Shown one piece after another: positions 16,978 through 25,370 of a stretch of DNA of 28,402 nucleotides. Made by a program: the position numbers and the translations under genes. Position 1 is the first letter of the stretch. Each line of letters begins with the position of its first letter. The DNA comes from a virus (lineage: Duplodnaviria > Caudoviricetes): positions 1 through 28,402 of IMG/VR virus record IMGVR_UViG_3300024187_000021. One strand, given 5' to 3'. Under the pieces are notes generated by a model. It did not search any database and was not told the DNA's origin. It saw only the letters and a program-made list of their open reading frames with translations.

Positions 16978-17070
16978 CAGCTGCTGAAGGGGGCCCGTGA
17001 AGACGGGCACCGATTCCGGCGCCGGCCGGACGTGGGGATGAAGCACGCCCCGGGCCCCCGTCACCAGCTG
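16978..17070 (-). ncRNA. Candidate structured RNA element (multi-branch stem-loop) between the portal and collagen-like genes
   Basis: 20-bp closing stem with 2 mismatches enclosing two 7-bp hairpins, each with a G-U pair that forms only in the minus-strand transcript. Confidence 0.55.
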
Positions 17071-17076
17071 CACCGG

Positions 17077-18468
17077 TCAGGCCGCCACCGGCAGGCCCAG
17101 GGCCGCCGCTTTGATCCGCCACGCCGCCACCGCGGCCGCTTCGTCCATCGGGGGCGTGTCGCCGCTGCCACCGTCAGCAGGTGCAGGCGTGGCCGCTGGC
17201 GTCCCGGCTGGCGTGTCCGGGGCGCCGGCTTTCGCGTCCCGCTTCGCCAAGGCCGCCAGCGAATAGTTCTGCTGCTGCAGGTAAGGCGTATCGCCACCAT
17301 CCACCGGCTTCAGGTTCAGGCGCCGCCGTGACTCGTTCGGTTTCTTGATGCCGGCGCCGATCGCGTCCTTCTCCGACGTGATCATGGTGGCCGTGTCCAT
17401 CCGGAGTAGATCGTCCAGGTCGAACTGCGTGTCGTACTTGTCCGGCAGGTCCAGCCCTTCGTCTAGGCACAATTCCAAGGACTCGATCAGCGCCTGCAAA
17501 CACTGGCTGTAGTACTGCTGGTTCAACGCCTCGATGTTGTTGTAATTCGGGGGCAGCGCCCCGCCGATCATGTACGCCGGGACGTGGAAACACGAGCAGA
17601 CCGTTTCGACGGTCCACTTCAACTGTTCGATCAACTGGGCATCATGGGCGTTCACCGTCATGGGTTCGTACTTAAGCCCATCACCCAGCACCGCGATCTT
17701 CCCCACGTTGTCCCCAGTGAAGTTCGTGTCCCAGTACGCCTTGATGCGGTCCGCCGTGGGCTGGCTGATTTCTCCGGGCGCCGACAGCACGCCGCCCGGG
17801 TTCGATCCGTTCGCAAAAAATCTGGTGGAGTTCGCCTGAATCCGCAGGCCCTGAATCGCCGCCATCGCGCACGCGAAGATCGGGGACACCCCCAGCAGCG
17901 GGTGGTAGAGCGCCACCATGATGTCGTGAATGATTTCCCGCGCCGGCACCACCACGGGTTCCGTCAGGCCGTTCAGGACGTCGACCCCGAGCGAATAGAA
18001 CACCGACCCATCCGGGGCCAGCAGCACGCGCACGCGGGCCGGGTCCAAGATATACAGCGCCGTCACCACGCCGCGGTTATCCCTGGCCTTCAGCGCGTAC
18101 GTGTTCCCGTGGATCAGCTTGGAAATGATCCACCATTCGATGAACTTGATCCGGTTCTGGTAGTGGTTCGGCCTCTGTAGGACCGGCGAGAATGACGGGC
18201 TGCTGGTTTCTTCCCAGATGCCGTCTGCGTCCTGCTTGACCAGACGCAGGTTCATTTTAGCGATGTCGGACGCGATCAGCGTGGCGCACGCGAACACCGC
18301 ACTATGCGTCAGCAGCGTGTCCGCCCGTTCTTCCTGGTTCCGCTGCCAGGCGCCCGTGAAGGGCTCCCGGATAATCGGCCACCAGCCGCCGCCGCTCACC
18401 GGCACGGGCTGAAAGTTGCCGCCCTTCCGCTTCGGCGCCCGCGAAATGCTCAGGCCAAAGAGTTCCAC
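17077..18468 (-). CDS. Portal protein, HK97 family
   Basis: AVFACATLIASDIA, LIHGNTY, GVSPI, FFANGSNPGGVL, FHVPAYMIG, PNESR motifs. Confidence 0.97.
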   Translation of the reverse strand: MELFGLSISRAPKRKGGNFQPVPVSGGGWWPIIREPFTGAWQRNQEERADTLLTHSAVFACATLIASDIAKMNLRLVKQDADGIWEETSSPSFSPVLQRPNHYQNRIKFIEWWIISKLIHGNTYALKARDNRGVVTALYILDPARVRVLLAPDGSVFYSLGVDVLNGLTEPVVVPAREIIHDIMVALYHPLLGVSPIFACAMAAIQGLRIQANSTRFFANGSNPGGVLSAPGEISQPTADRIKAYWDTNFTGDNVGKIAVLGDGLKYEPMTVNAHDAQLIEQLKWTVETVCSCFHVPAYMIGGALPPNYNNIEALNQQYYSQCLQALIESLELCLDEGLDLPDKYDTQFDLDDLLRMDTATMITSEKDAIGAGIKKPNESRRRLNLKPVDGGDTPYLQQQNYSLAALAKRDAKAGAPDTPAGTPAATPAPADGGSGDTPPMDEAAAVAAWRIKAAALGLPVAA

Positions 18469-18683
18469 TATTCGGCCACCACGTCGCGCCGCTTGTAGGT
18501 CCGGCGCTTCGCCTTCGCCGCCTGGGGTTTCTTTTGGAATCGCGCCTGGTGGGCCTGGATCATTTGCGCCGCCTCAAGGGGCGCCGCCTCGAAATCATCC
18601 CCCGCCTCGAGCGCTTGGCCGTGGTAGCTCAACGACGTCAGCGCCTCGAGCCTGATCGGTTTCAACATTTCGAACAGCCTCAT
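18468..18683 (-). CDS. Small basic head-module protein ending RRTYKRRDVVAE
   Basis: Between capsid and portal; stop overlaps the portal GTG. Start uncertain (18701 GTG, 18683 ATG or a later ATG). Confidence 0.75.
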   Translation of the reverse strand: MRLFEMLKPIRLEALTSLSYHGQALEAGDDFEAAPLEAAQMIQAHQARFQKKPQAAKAKRRTYKRRDVVAE

Positions 18684-18704
18684 GGGGGCGGAACATTTCA
18701 CACG

Positions 18705-18738
18705 AAAGGGGCCCGAGCCAGATATCGGCCCGGACCCC
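18705..18738 (-). terminator. Probable intrinsic terminator/attenuator after the major capsid gene
   Basis: GGGGUCCGGGCC / GGCUCGGGCCCC 12-bp stem (two G-U pairs), 7-nt loop, short UUUCG tail. Confidence 0.65.
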
Positions 18739-18764
18739 CGACTATCTACCTTACCTCCGGCGAA

Positions 18765-20711
18765 CTACGCGCCGCTTTCTTCGCCCCACGTGACGTTATC
18801 GAGCCACGCCACCGCCGCGTCCCGGCGTTTCTTCCAGTTGATGTACCGCTCCGCCCGCAGCGCCAGCAGGTTGTTCTGGAACATGGAAACCGTCTGACCA
18901 GCCGGGCTGCCACCCGGTTCGCTCTCCATCTCGATCGACGCTTCCCGGCTGACGTCCACCGAGACCTGCCCGTCATCAGACAGGAAAATCTCGTTCGCCA
19001 CCGCCAGCACCACAATGTTCTTGTTCGGGGACGCGAACGCCGCGTACTGGGATGTGATCACCGGCAGCCCTTCCAGCGTGCCGCCGTTCATCGTGATCAG
19101 CGGGAATTCCGCCTGACCCAGCGGGTTCCGCAACAGCGACAGCGCCAGCGCCACGGTGTTCGGCATGATGAACACACCGGACGTGGGGTTGATGTTCGCC
19201 GCGATGAAGGCCGAGAACAGCGCCTTGATGTCCGCCCGCACCGCCGCCGCATCGCTGCCGGCCGTAGGCAGGGGATTGACGCCGTTCGTCACCGAGGCCG
19301 GGGACACGCCGACGTCCTCCGCCTTGTCCGGGTCGATGAAGTCGATGTCCAGCCCTTCAGCCAGGTCACCCGCCAGCGCATCGCGCACCAGCATCTCCGC
19401 CGAAGGCGAAGAAAACCGCGCCAGTTCATCGCTGATCACGGAAATCGCCGCCACCTTCGCCCAGGTCAGCGACGTGGGCGAAAAGTCGAACCGCTTCACC
19501 GGCTTCGGGGACGCTTCCCCTACCCACTGGCCGCGGCCGCCGCTCGTCTGTCCGACCATCCGGACGTTGAACGGAATCCGCCGCAGGCTGGGAATGCTGC
19601 CCGTGCCGAACTTGCCCACGATCGTCATGGGCCGCAGGAATTCGATGAATTCGCTGACCAGATTCTGGGCGTACACCAAGTCCGGCGCCCATCCCGGGCT
19701 GCCGGCGCCGCCCGCCAGGCCGGGTTCCACCGCGCTCTTGATCAGCGCCAGGACGCCCGCATCATCCCGGTAGCGCGCCTTGGCGATGTCCAGCGCCGAC
19801 GCGCTGCCCTGGCTCAGATGCGAGGCCATGCGGCAGATGATCGCCCGGGCGAATCCGATCCCCGGGGGCAGCTTCGGCGCCTGGACGTCCACCTGCCGCT
19901 GCTGCTGCTGGGGTTCCTGCCGGCCGTCAGGTGCCTGCCGCTGGATCGGCGCCGCCATGCGGATCTGGGCCTGCTCGAGCGCCGTCAGGCGATCGATGTC
20001 CCCGACCAGCGCCGTGACTTCACTCGAAATGGTATCGCGCTCGATCGTCTGCTCAGACGTGGGCGTGTCGATGCCGTGGAGTTCTTCCAGGCGGGCGCTT
20101 TTCGTTTTGAGCTCCGCGCGCTTCGCCGTCAGCTGTTCGGAAATGTTTCGCATGGGTCTGGACCTGTCCTGTGAAGAGCCCGAACCTACGGGCGGATGTG
20201 TCGCGCTGGACGCTGGCGCAGCAGGCCGTTGACCATCGCAGGATTTAATTGTTTGAATCGTCGCCGGCGCATTCGCGGGAATAGTCACCGCGCTGAGTTC
20301 CAGCCAGAGCCACTTCGTGAACCGATACCCGTACGTGCCCTCGATGCGCGCCGATTCAATCGGCTGGAATCCGATCGACAGCCCCCGCACCAGTTTGTAT
20401 TTCACGGATTGCCAGGCTTCATCGATCCGGTCCTTCAGGCCACCGGGTTCCGAAATTTTCAGGATGCGGGCTTTGACTTCGATCCCATCGGCTGTCACGC
20501 GCGCCGCGAAGACTTCCCCGATCGGTTCGCGCGTGTTGTGTTGCCAGATGAACGGAATAGGCAGGTTGAATTCCGCGCCCTTGGGCTCCACGATGTCGCC
20601 CATGCGATCGGTTTCCGGGGTGGTGGCGATCCCTGTGATGATGCGCTGTTCTTCATCGACAGCCTTCACCGTCAGGAAGGAATACGCCCGTTCAATCGTC
20701 CGCCCGGCCAT
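18765..20711 (-). CDS. Fused prohead protease (HK97 family) - major capsid protein
   Basis: Start reassigned to MAGRTIERAYS. Protease motifs DRMGDIVEPKG, WQH, GLSIGF, ELSAVTIPAN; capsid motifs WVGEASPKP, KVAAISVISDEL, SMFQNNLLALRAERYINW. Possible internal start MRNISEQ at 20153. Confidence 0.96.
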   Translation of the reverse strand: MAGRTIERAYSFLTVKAVDEEQRIITGIATTPETDRMGDIVEPKGAEFNLPIPFIWQHNTREPIGEVFAARVTADGIEVKARILKISEPGGLKDRIDEAWQSVKYKLVRGLSIGFQPIESARIEGTYGYRFTKWLWLELSAVTIPANAPATIQTIKSCDGQRPAAPASSATHPPVGSGSSQDRSRPMRNISEQLTAKRAELKTKSARLEELHGIDTPTSEQTIERDTISSEVTALVGDIDRLTALEQAQIRMAAPIQRQAPDGRQEPQQQQRQVDVQAPKLPPGIGFARAIICRMASHLSQGSASALDIAKARYRDDAGVLALIKSAVEPGLAGGAGSPGWAPDLVYAQNLVSEFIEFLRPMTIVGKFGTGSIPSLRRIPFNVRMVGQTSGGRGQWVGEASPKPVKRFDFSPTSLTWAKVAAISVISDELARFSSPSAEMLVRDALAGDLAEGLDIDFIDPDKAEDVGVSPASVTNGVNPLPTAGSDAAAVRADIKALFSAFIAANINPTSGVFIMPNTVALALSLLRNPLGQAEFPLITMNGGTLEGLPVITSQYAAFASPNKNIVVLAVANEIFLSDDGQVSVDVSREASIEMESEPGGSPAGQTVSMFQNNLLALRAERYINWKKRRDAAVAWLDNVTWGEESGA

Positions 20712-20737
20712 GTTGTGGTTCGGACTGTAACACAACA
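20711..20737 (-). promoter_or_regulatory. Inverted repeat TGTTGTG-N13-CACAACA overlapping an extended -10-like TGtTACAGT, upstream of the protease-capsid gene
   Basis: Perfect 7-bp arms at 20711-20717 and 20731-20737 in an AT-richer intergenic gap. Confidence 0.45.
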
Positions 20738-20768
20738 CCAGCCGTTGCGATTTAATGTATACGAAAAA

Positions 20769-20960
20769 TCAGCCCCGCAGGCGCAGGATGACCAACTGGC
20801 GGGCCGTGGCCGATAGGCTCTGTTCGCGCTGGTTCGCAATTTCGACCAGACGCCGCTGCATATCAGTGGGCAGCCGGAAGGACACGGGCGTCATGGGGAC
20901 ATCGACGTGGGGCCGTCCCCGTCGCCGGGCAGGTTCCGCAGCCGTGATCCGAGGGTTCAT
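20769..20960 (-). CDS. Ribbon-helix-helix (CopG/Arc-like) DNA-binding protein
   Basis: RRRGRP followed by PVSFRLP..MQRRLVEIA......SATARQLV strand-helix-helix pattern. Confidence 0.78.
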   Translation of the reverse strand: MNPRITAAEPARRRGRPHVDVPMTPVSFRLPTDMQRRLVEIANQREQSLSATARQLVILRLRG

Positions 20961-20975
20961 TCGGGCGCCTCCATT

Positions 20976-22685
20976 CTACCGCAGGCCGGCGCCATCTGCT
21001 GCCTGCTGGCCGCCGAGAATGATGATTTTGTATTCCTTCGGCGCCACCGGCGCATGGCGGACCTGCAGCGCCACGCCGATCACCGTGGCCACGATCGGAT
21101 CGATCCGGCCGCGGCTGTTCTTTTTGATCGGTTTTAGGTTGTCGTTCCCATCGCGTTGCACCACCGCGTTCGATGCGCTCCACGCCATCAGGGGGCAACC
21201 GCCCGCGTTGACGTGCCCGGCGAGTACTTCCGCCTCGAGCACCTTGGCGCCCGCACTGATGCCCGCGTAGGTCTGGGGAATTTCGATCAACTGGTCTTTA
21301 GAAAACCCCTCGAGCCGGACCAGATCGTCCACCAGGTGGTGGCCGTGCCACGGGTCATAGCCAACCTGCATGATCTGGAATCGCTTGCGCCAGTCCACCA
21401 GTTCTTTCCGGATGACATCGTGGTCCACGTGCGTCCCTGGCGTGGTCAGCAGCACGCCCTGGCTGGCCCAGAGGTCGTACGGGGCCCGGTCCGCCCGGCT
21501 TCGGTCCCGCAGCGTGTCCGCGGGCGTCCAGACGCGCCGCACCAGCCGCCAGTCATCGTGGGCCGGACTGGGGGGAAACACACCCACCATCGCGCACAGA
21601 TCCAGGTTCGACGCCAGATCGAGCCCTACGTAACAGCGCTCTTTCGTCAGGCTGTCTTCCGCGAACGGCTGCTGGCCCGCGCGCCAGCCCTCCATCGACA
21701 GCCACGGGGCCAGCGTGTTCACCCAGAGGTTCAGCCGCTTCTGTTTAAATTCCGCCACGGCCGCCGGCATGTTCCGCGCCTTGGTCGCCAGCGCGCGCAT
21801 GTCGTCCGGTTTCACCGATACGTTCCAGTTCGGGTTCGCCTTCCGCCACGTCGATTCCTCGAGCCAATCGTCGGACTCATCCGCATGGGCGATAAAAGCG
21901 AAAAAAGTTTCATCCTCGACGATCTGGTCCAGAATTTTGCAGGCGTAATCGTGCTGGTCCCCGCAGGGGGAAATCGGACTATCACCGGCCGTCGTGATCT
22001 GAAAGTTCAACGGCTGCCGCCTGGCGCCCGTCGCGCTCTCCATCACGTCGATCAGCGCCCGCGTTTTGTGCTTATGGAATTCGTCCACGATGATCAGATG
22101 CGGGTTCAGGCCGTCCGTCGAATCCGCATCCGCGCCCAGGGGTTCCAACTTCGAACTGGTGGCCTCGATGTTCAGGTTCGCCGCCAGGACTTTGATCCGA
22201 GACCGCAGGCCGGTACTCATCACTAGTTTTTTTGCGTCATTCCAAACTATCTTTGCCTGGTCCCTTTTGGTAGCGATGCAGTACCCTTCCGCCCCAGGTT
22301 CTCCGTCAAAAAACGTGGTGTACAGCGCCACGATCGCCGCCTCTAAGCTTTTCCCAGATTTTCGCGGCAGTTCGTTATAGCCGGTCCGGAACCGTCGCAG
22401 GTGGTCCGAATCGACGTGCAGCCAGCCGAAGAGCGATCCCAGCCGGAATTGCTGGTGGGGTTCCAGGCGGATCCGCCGCTTCGCCCACTCGCCCTTGTAG
22501 TGGCGCATTTTCTGGGCGAACCGAAAAAACCGTTCCGCCTTCGCCAGATCGAACCGGTAGGGGAATCCCGGCGTGGCCTGCCGCTCGACGTCCCGGACGT
22601 GGCGGGCGCACGCCAGCCGGTGGTACTTCCCAGCCGGCAGCTCCCCAGACAGCACGTCTGCCGCGTACTGGTCCAGGACGTTCAA
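20976..22685 (-). CDS. terL: Terminase large subunit
   Basis: Walker A LPRKSGKS, Walker B IIVDEFH, ITTAG, nuclease motifs YVGLDLAS..DL and RIDPIVA. Confidence 0.98.
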   Translation of the reverse strand: MNVLDQYAADVLSGELPAGKYHRLACARHVRDVERQATPGFPYRFDLAKAERFFRFAQKMRHYKGEWAKRRIRLEPHQQFRLGSLFGWLHVDSDHLRRFRTGYNELPRKSGKSLEAAIVALYTTFFDGEPGAEGYCIATKRDQAKIVWNDAKKLVMSTGLRSRIKVLAANLNIEATSSKLEPLGADADSTDGLNPHLIIVDEFHKHKTRALIDVMESATGARRQPLNFQITTAGDSPISPCGDQHDYACKILDQIVEDETFFAFIAHADESDDWLEESTWRKANPNWNVSVKPDDMRALATKARNMPAAVAEFKQKRLNLWVNTLAPWLSMEGWRAGQQPFAEDSLTKERCYVGLDLASNLDLCAMVGVFPPSPAHDDWRLVRRVWTPADTLRDRSRADRAPYDLWASQGVLLTTPGTHVDHDVIRKELVDWRKRFQIMQVGYDPWHGHHLVDDLVRLEGFSKDQLIEIPQTYAGISAGAKVLEAEVLAGHVNAGGCPLMAWSASNAVVQRDGNDNLKPIKKNSRGRIDPIVATVIGVALQVRHAPVAPKEYKIIILGGQQAADGAGLR

Positions 22686-23182
22686 TTCGGCTTACTCCCG
22701 GCCGCGGGTTCCTCATCAAATTCCGACATGTCGTCCTCACCGGCCGGCCCGTCGCCATAGACCGGCTGTACCTTCGTCCTGGCCGCCGGCGTGATGCCGA
22801 GTTCGATCCACATTTTCTGGCAGTGCTGCAGCGCCTTGTTCGCGATCCCGATGTACGGGTTCGGCATCGGATACCCACTGGGGGACGTCACCACCATCCC
22901 AGACAGCGTGACCTTCGCCAGCGCGTTCTGGTACGTCGCCCACTGCTGGCAGAGCGCCGTCAACAGGGACCGCTCCGCCTCCGTCACCACGCGGGCCTTC
23001 CGCAGCATCGGGGCCAGCCGCTCCCACTCCGTCCGGGCCAGTTCGTCTTTGGCCAAGACGTCCGGGACCGTGTCGAACCCGGGCGTGGCCGCCGGCATCT
23101 CCGGTTCATTCGCCGGCAGGGGCCGGTGGGCGGGGTTCCCCTCGAGGATCCGTTTCTGGGTGGGCGTGGGGCGCTTACTCAC
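22682..23182 (-). CDS. terS: Terminase small subunit, P27 family
   Basis: Start reassigned to GTG 23182 (GTGA overlap). KRPTPT..RILEGNP.HRPL, EWERL, NPYIGI, ELGITPAAR motifs. Confidence 0.95.
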   Translation of the reverse strand: MSKRPTPTQKRILEGNPAHRPLPANEPEMPAATPGFDTVPDVLAKDELARTEWERLAPMLRKARVVTEAERSLLTALCQQWATYQNALAKVTLSGMVVTSPSGYPMPNPYIGIANKALQHCQKMWIELGITPAARTKVQPVYGDGPAGEDDMSEFDEEPAAGSKPN

Positions 23183-24410
23183 AGCCGGACCGCCTGGCGG
23201 CCGGTGAACGCTTCCCACCGGTCGATCGCCACCTGCAGATATTCCGGCTTGAGTTCCAGCCCGAAGCACTGCCGGGACAGGCTCTCCGCCGCGATCAGCG
23301 TGGTCCCCGACCCCAGGAACGGATCGTAGACCGCCAGGCTGTGGTGGTTCCGGATCGGCCGCGCCATGCACTCCACCGGCTTCTGGGTTCCGTGCCCTAG
23401 GCCGCTGTCGTCCCGGGCCGGGATCCGCCACAGCGTCGATGCAATCTCCCAGAGGGTGGTCTGCCGGCGATCGTCCGTCCGCGGCGCAGTCGCGTCACCT
23501 GGCCGCACCGCGTACCAGCAGGGTTCATGCTGCCAGTGATAGTCGCCGCGGCTCAACACCAGCCGGTCCTTCGCCCAGATGATCTGGGCCCGCATCACGA
23601 ACCCCTCCGCCTCGAGCGCCGCCTGGGCCACGCCGCTATGCAGCCCCCCGTGGTAGACGTACGCCACCGTCCCGGGGAAGAGCGCCCACGCCTCCCGCCA
23701 GTCCGCCCGATCGTCGTTCGTGACCGGGCCCAGCTTTTTCCGGTTTTTGTTCACGCCGGCCTTCGCCCGCCACGCCGGGTCGTACTCGACCCCATAGGGC
23801 GGGTCCGTGACCATCAGGTGGGGCACCGCGGCCCCCAGCAGCGCCTGAACCGTCCCCGGGTCCGTGGCATCCCCACAGGCCACCCGGTGGCCCCCCAGCG
23901 CGAAGATCTGCCCGACCTGGATGTCCGTGGCCCGGAGGTCCGGCACCACGTCCGGGTCCGTCAGTCCGGCCTTCGGTTCCCGGGCCGCCATCGCCGCCAG
24001 TTCGTCCGCCCGCCAGAACGCCTCGAGGGGCACCCCGTCCCCGATGTCCTTCCGCAACTGCTCGAGGTTCCACTCCGACAGTTCCCCGGCCCGGTTGTCC
24101 GCGATCGCCAGGTCCCGTTTCTGGTCCGCGGTCAGCCCCCGCCGGCGGACCGCGATCAGTTCGTTCCCCTCCGCCTCCACAATCCGGACGCCACTGATCC
24201 CCGCCTTCGCTGCCGCCTCGACCACGCCGTTGCCCGCCAGCACGACGTCGTTCTCATCGATGACGATCGACCGGGCCGTGCCCACCGCCTTCATCGAGGC
24301 CACGATCATGTCGATATTCCGCGGATTGTGTTTCCGCCGATTCTCCAGGTCCGGGACCAGGTCGCTGACGCCCGTGTGCCCCGCCGCCCCGCTGGTCCCC
24401 CCTGCCTCAC
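23179..24410 (-). CDS. ParB-like N-terminal domain fused to a beta-class DNA N6-adenine/N4-cytosine methyltransferase; 5' end unresolved
   Basis: VTDPPYG, HGTQKPVE and DPFLGSGTT motifs. ParB-like SDLVPDLENRRKHNPRN lies upstream of Met 24309 in the same frame; the nearest plausible start, GTG 24410, needs a -1 shift. Confidence 0.85.
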
Positions 24411-24414
24411 GCGA

Positions 24415-24505
24415 TACCCCACTCTCTGATCTGCGTCTGCGCGAGGGAAGCCGCTGCGTGGTCCCCGGCGTGAAGGCGCGAAAACATTTTCAGTCCCCCC
24501 GGGTG
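24415..24505 (-). other. Candidate cos / packaging initiation region
   Basis: Lies between the terminase-associated HNH gene and the MTase/terS genes. G-run then TGAAAAT, and a hyphenated dyad GGGGACC-ACGCAGCGG-CTTCCC (24445-24466). Inferred from HK97-like genome layout. Confidence 0.45.
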
Positions 24506-24525
24506 GGCCGGACGGCCCCCGGTCG

Positions 24526-24754
24526 TTACCATGTCCAGGGTTTCCACCAGACCGTGGGAAGGACCGAAACTGCCAGCGTGACATTCGCCGGCATCAGCGC
24601 TGCGTCCATCGTCGGTTCGCGCCGTTCGTATTGACACTGATTGCAGCGAAAGCCCAGCCACGCCGCACTTGGGACACAATTTTACTGTCTCACCATCTAA
24701 AGGTGCTGGGCTGGGTGGTATAGGCTTGGGTGGTCCTTGTCTTTTGTGGCTCAT
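24526..24754 (-). pseudogene. Small zinc-ribbon protein split by a frameshift near 24660 (MSHKRQ...CPKCG / WLGFRCNQCQY...WWKPWTW)
   Basis: ATG 24754 overlaps the HNH stop. The second CxxC and a Trp-rich C-terminus are in the +1 frame, ending at TAA 24526. Confidence 0.55.
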
Positions 24755-25104
24755 AGTCCGGCCTGCGTCTTTCTCCCGTGGCACTCCGTACAGAGGCTTT
24801 GCCAGTTGCCGTGTTCATCCCAGAACAGTGTGTGGTTCCCCTTGTGGGGCACCACATGGTCCACCACCGTGGCCGGCGTGATGCGCTGCTCGAGGTAACA
24901 CGCGCTCATCACCGGCACCTGGCCGTCTGGGCGTTGTCCGCACAGGGGGTACCTTCTCCGGAAGGCCGCCGCCCTGGCGTCCCAGCGCCGCGTATAGCCC
25001 CGTTCCTTAGCCGTGCCCCTGCGCTGTTCCTGCTGCTGCCGATGCGCCTGGCAGCGCCCTCCCTTCACCAGTGTGCGGCAGGAGGGTTCCGCGCAGTACT
25101 TCAC
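24751..25104 (-). CDS. Terminase-associated HNH endonuclease (HK97 gp74-like)
   Basis: CAEPSC...GRCQAH, RGY..RW, PATVVDHVVPHKG...FWD..NWQSLCTECHGRKT. Confidence 0.95.
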   Translation of the reverse strand: MKYCAEPSCRTLVKGGRCQAHRQQQEQRRGTAKERGYTRRWDARAAAFRRRYPLCGQRPDGQVPVMSACYLEQRITPATVVDHVVPHKGNHTLFWDEHGNWQSLCTECHGRKTQAGL

Positions 25105-25370
25105 ACCAGCGCCCGAATCGCCGCAGCAATCTCTTGTCCCACCAAGACGTCAGCATCCGCATCTTCACCTATGTGATCGATTGATCGCTTCACCACTGCG
25201 TCAGCCACCTGTGCGGCCTGCTCCAAGATCAGCCTCACCTGCTGCGTGAGTTCAGCGATTTCTTCTGCCGCTTCCTCGAGCGCCGCGATCGGGCTGTTGA
25301 GCTCTTGCGCCCGTCTGCACAGCCGCAGGTGGATGATCTGAACCGATTCGTCGGAGACGTTTTCGCTCAT
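25101..25370 (-). CDS. Hypothetical helical protein, 89 aa
   Basis: Coupled at both ends by 4-nt overlaps. Confidence 0.75.
   Translation of the reverse strand: MSENVSDESVQIIHLRLCRRAQELNSPIAALEEAAEEIAELTQQVRLILEQAAQVADAVVKRSIDHIGEDADADVLVGQEIAAAIRALV

Noticed and set aside
17028-17050. Hairpin loop CUUCAUCCC resembling a tRNA anticodon loop (UCA or CAU)
   Set aside because: No D-arm, T-arm (GTTC) or CCA end, and stem lengths do not fit a tRNA.
16937-17122. 61-aa ORF bridging the portal and collagen-like genes
   Set aside because: Gly/Ala/Pro low-complexity translation overlapping both neighbours; better explained by the inverted-repeat structure.
18746-19015. Alternative-frame ORF overlapping the capsid 3' end (possible frameshift extension)
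   Set aside because: It would extend only a few residues past the capsid stop and no slippery site is evident.
24407-24784. 125-aa ORF downstream of the HNH gene as given in the track
   Set aside because: Only the part up to CPKCG looks real. The matching CxxC and C-terminus are in another frame, and the rest runs through the probable cos region.
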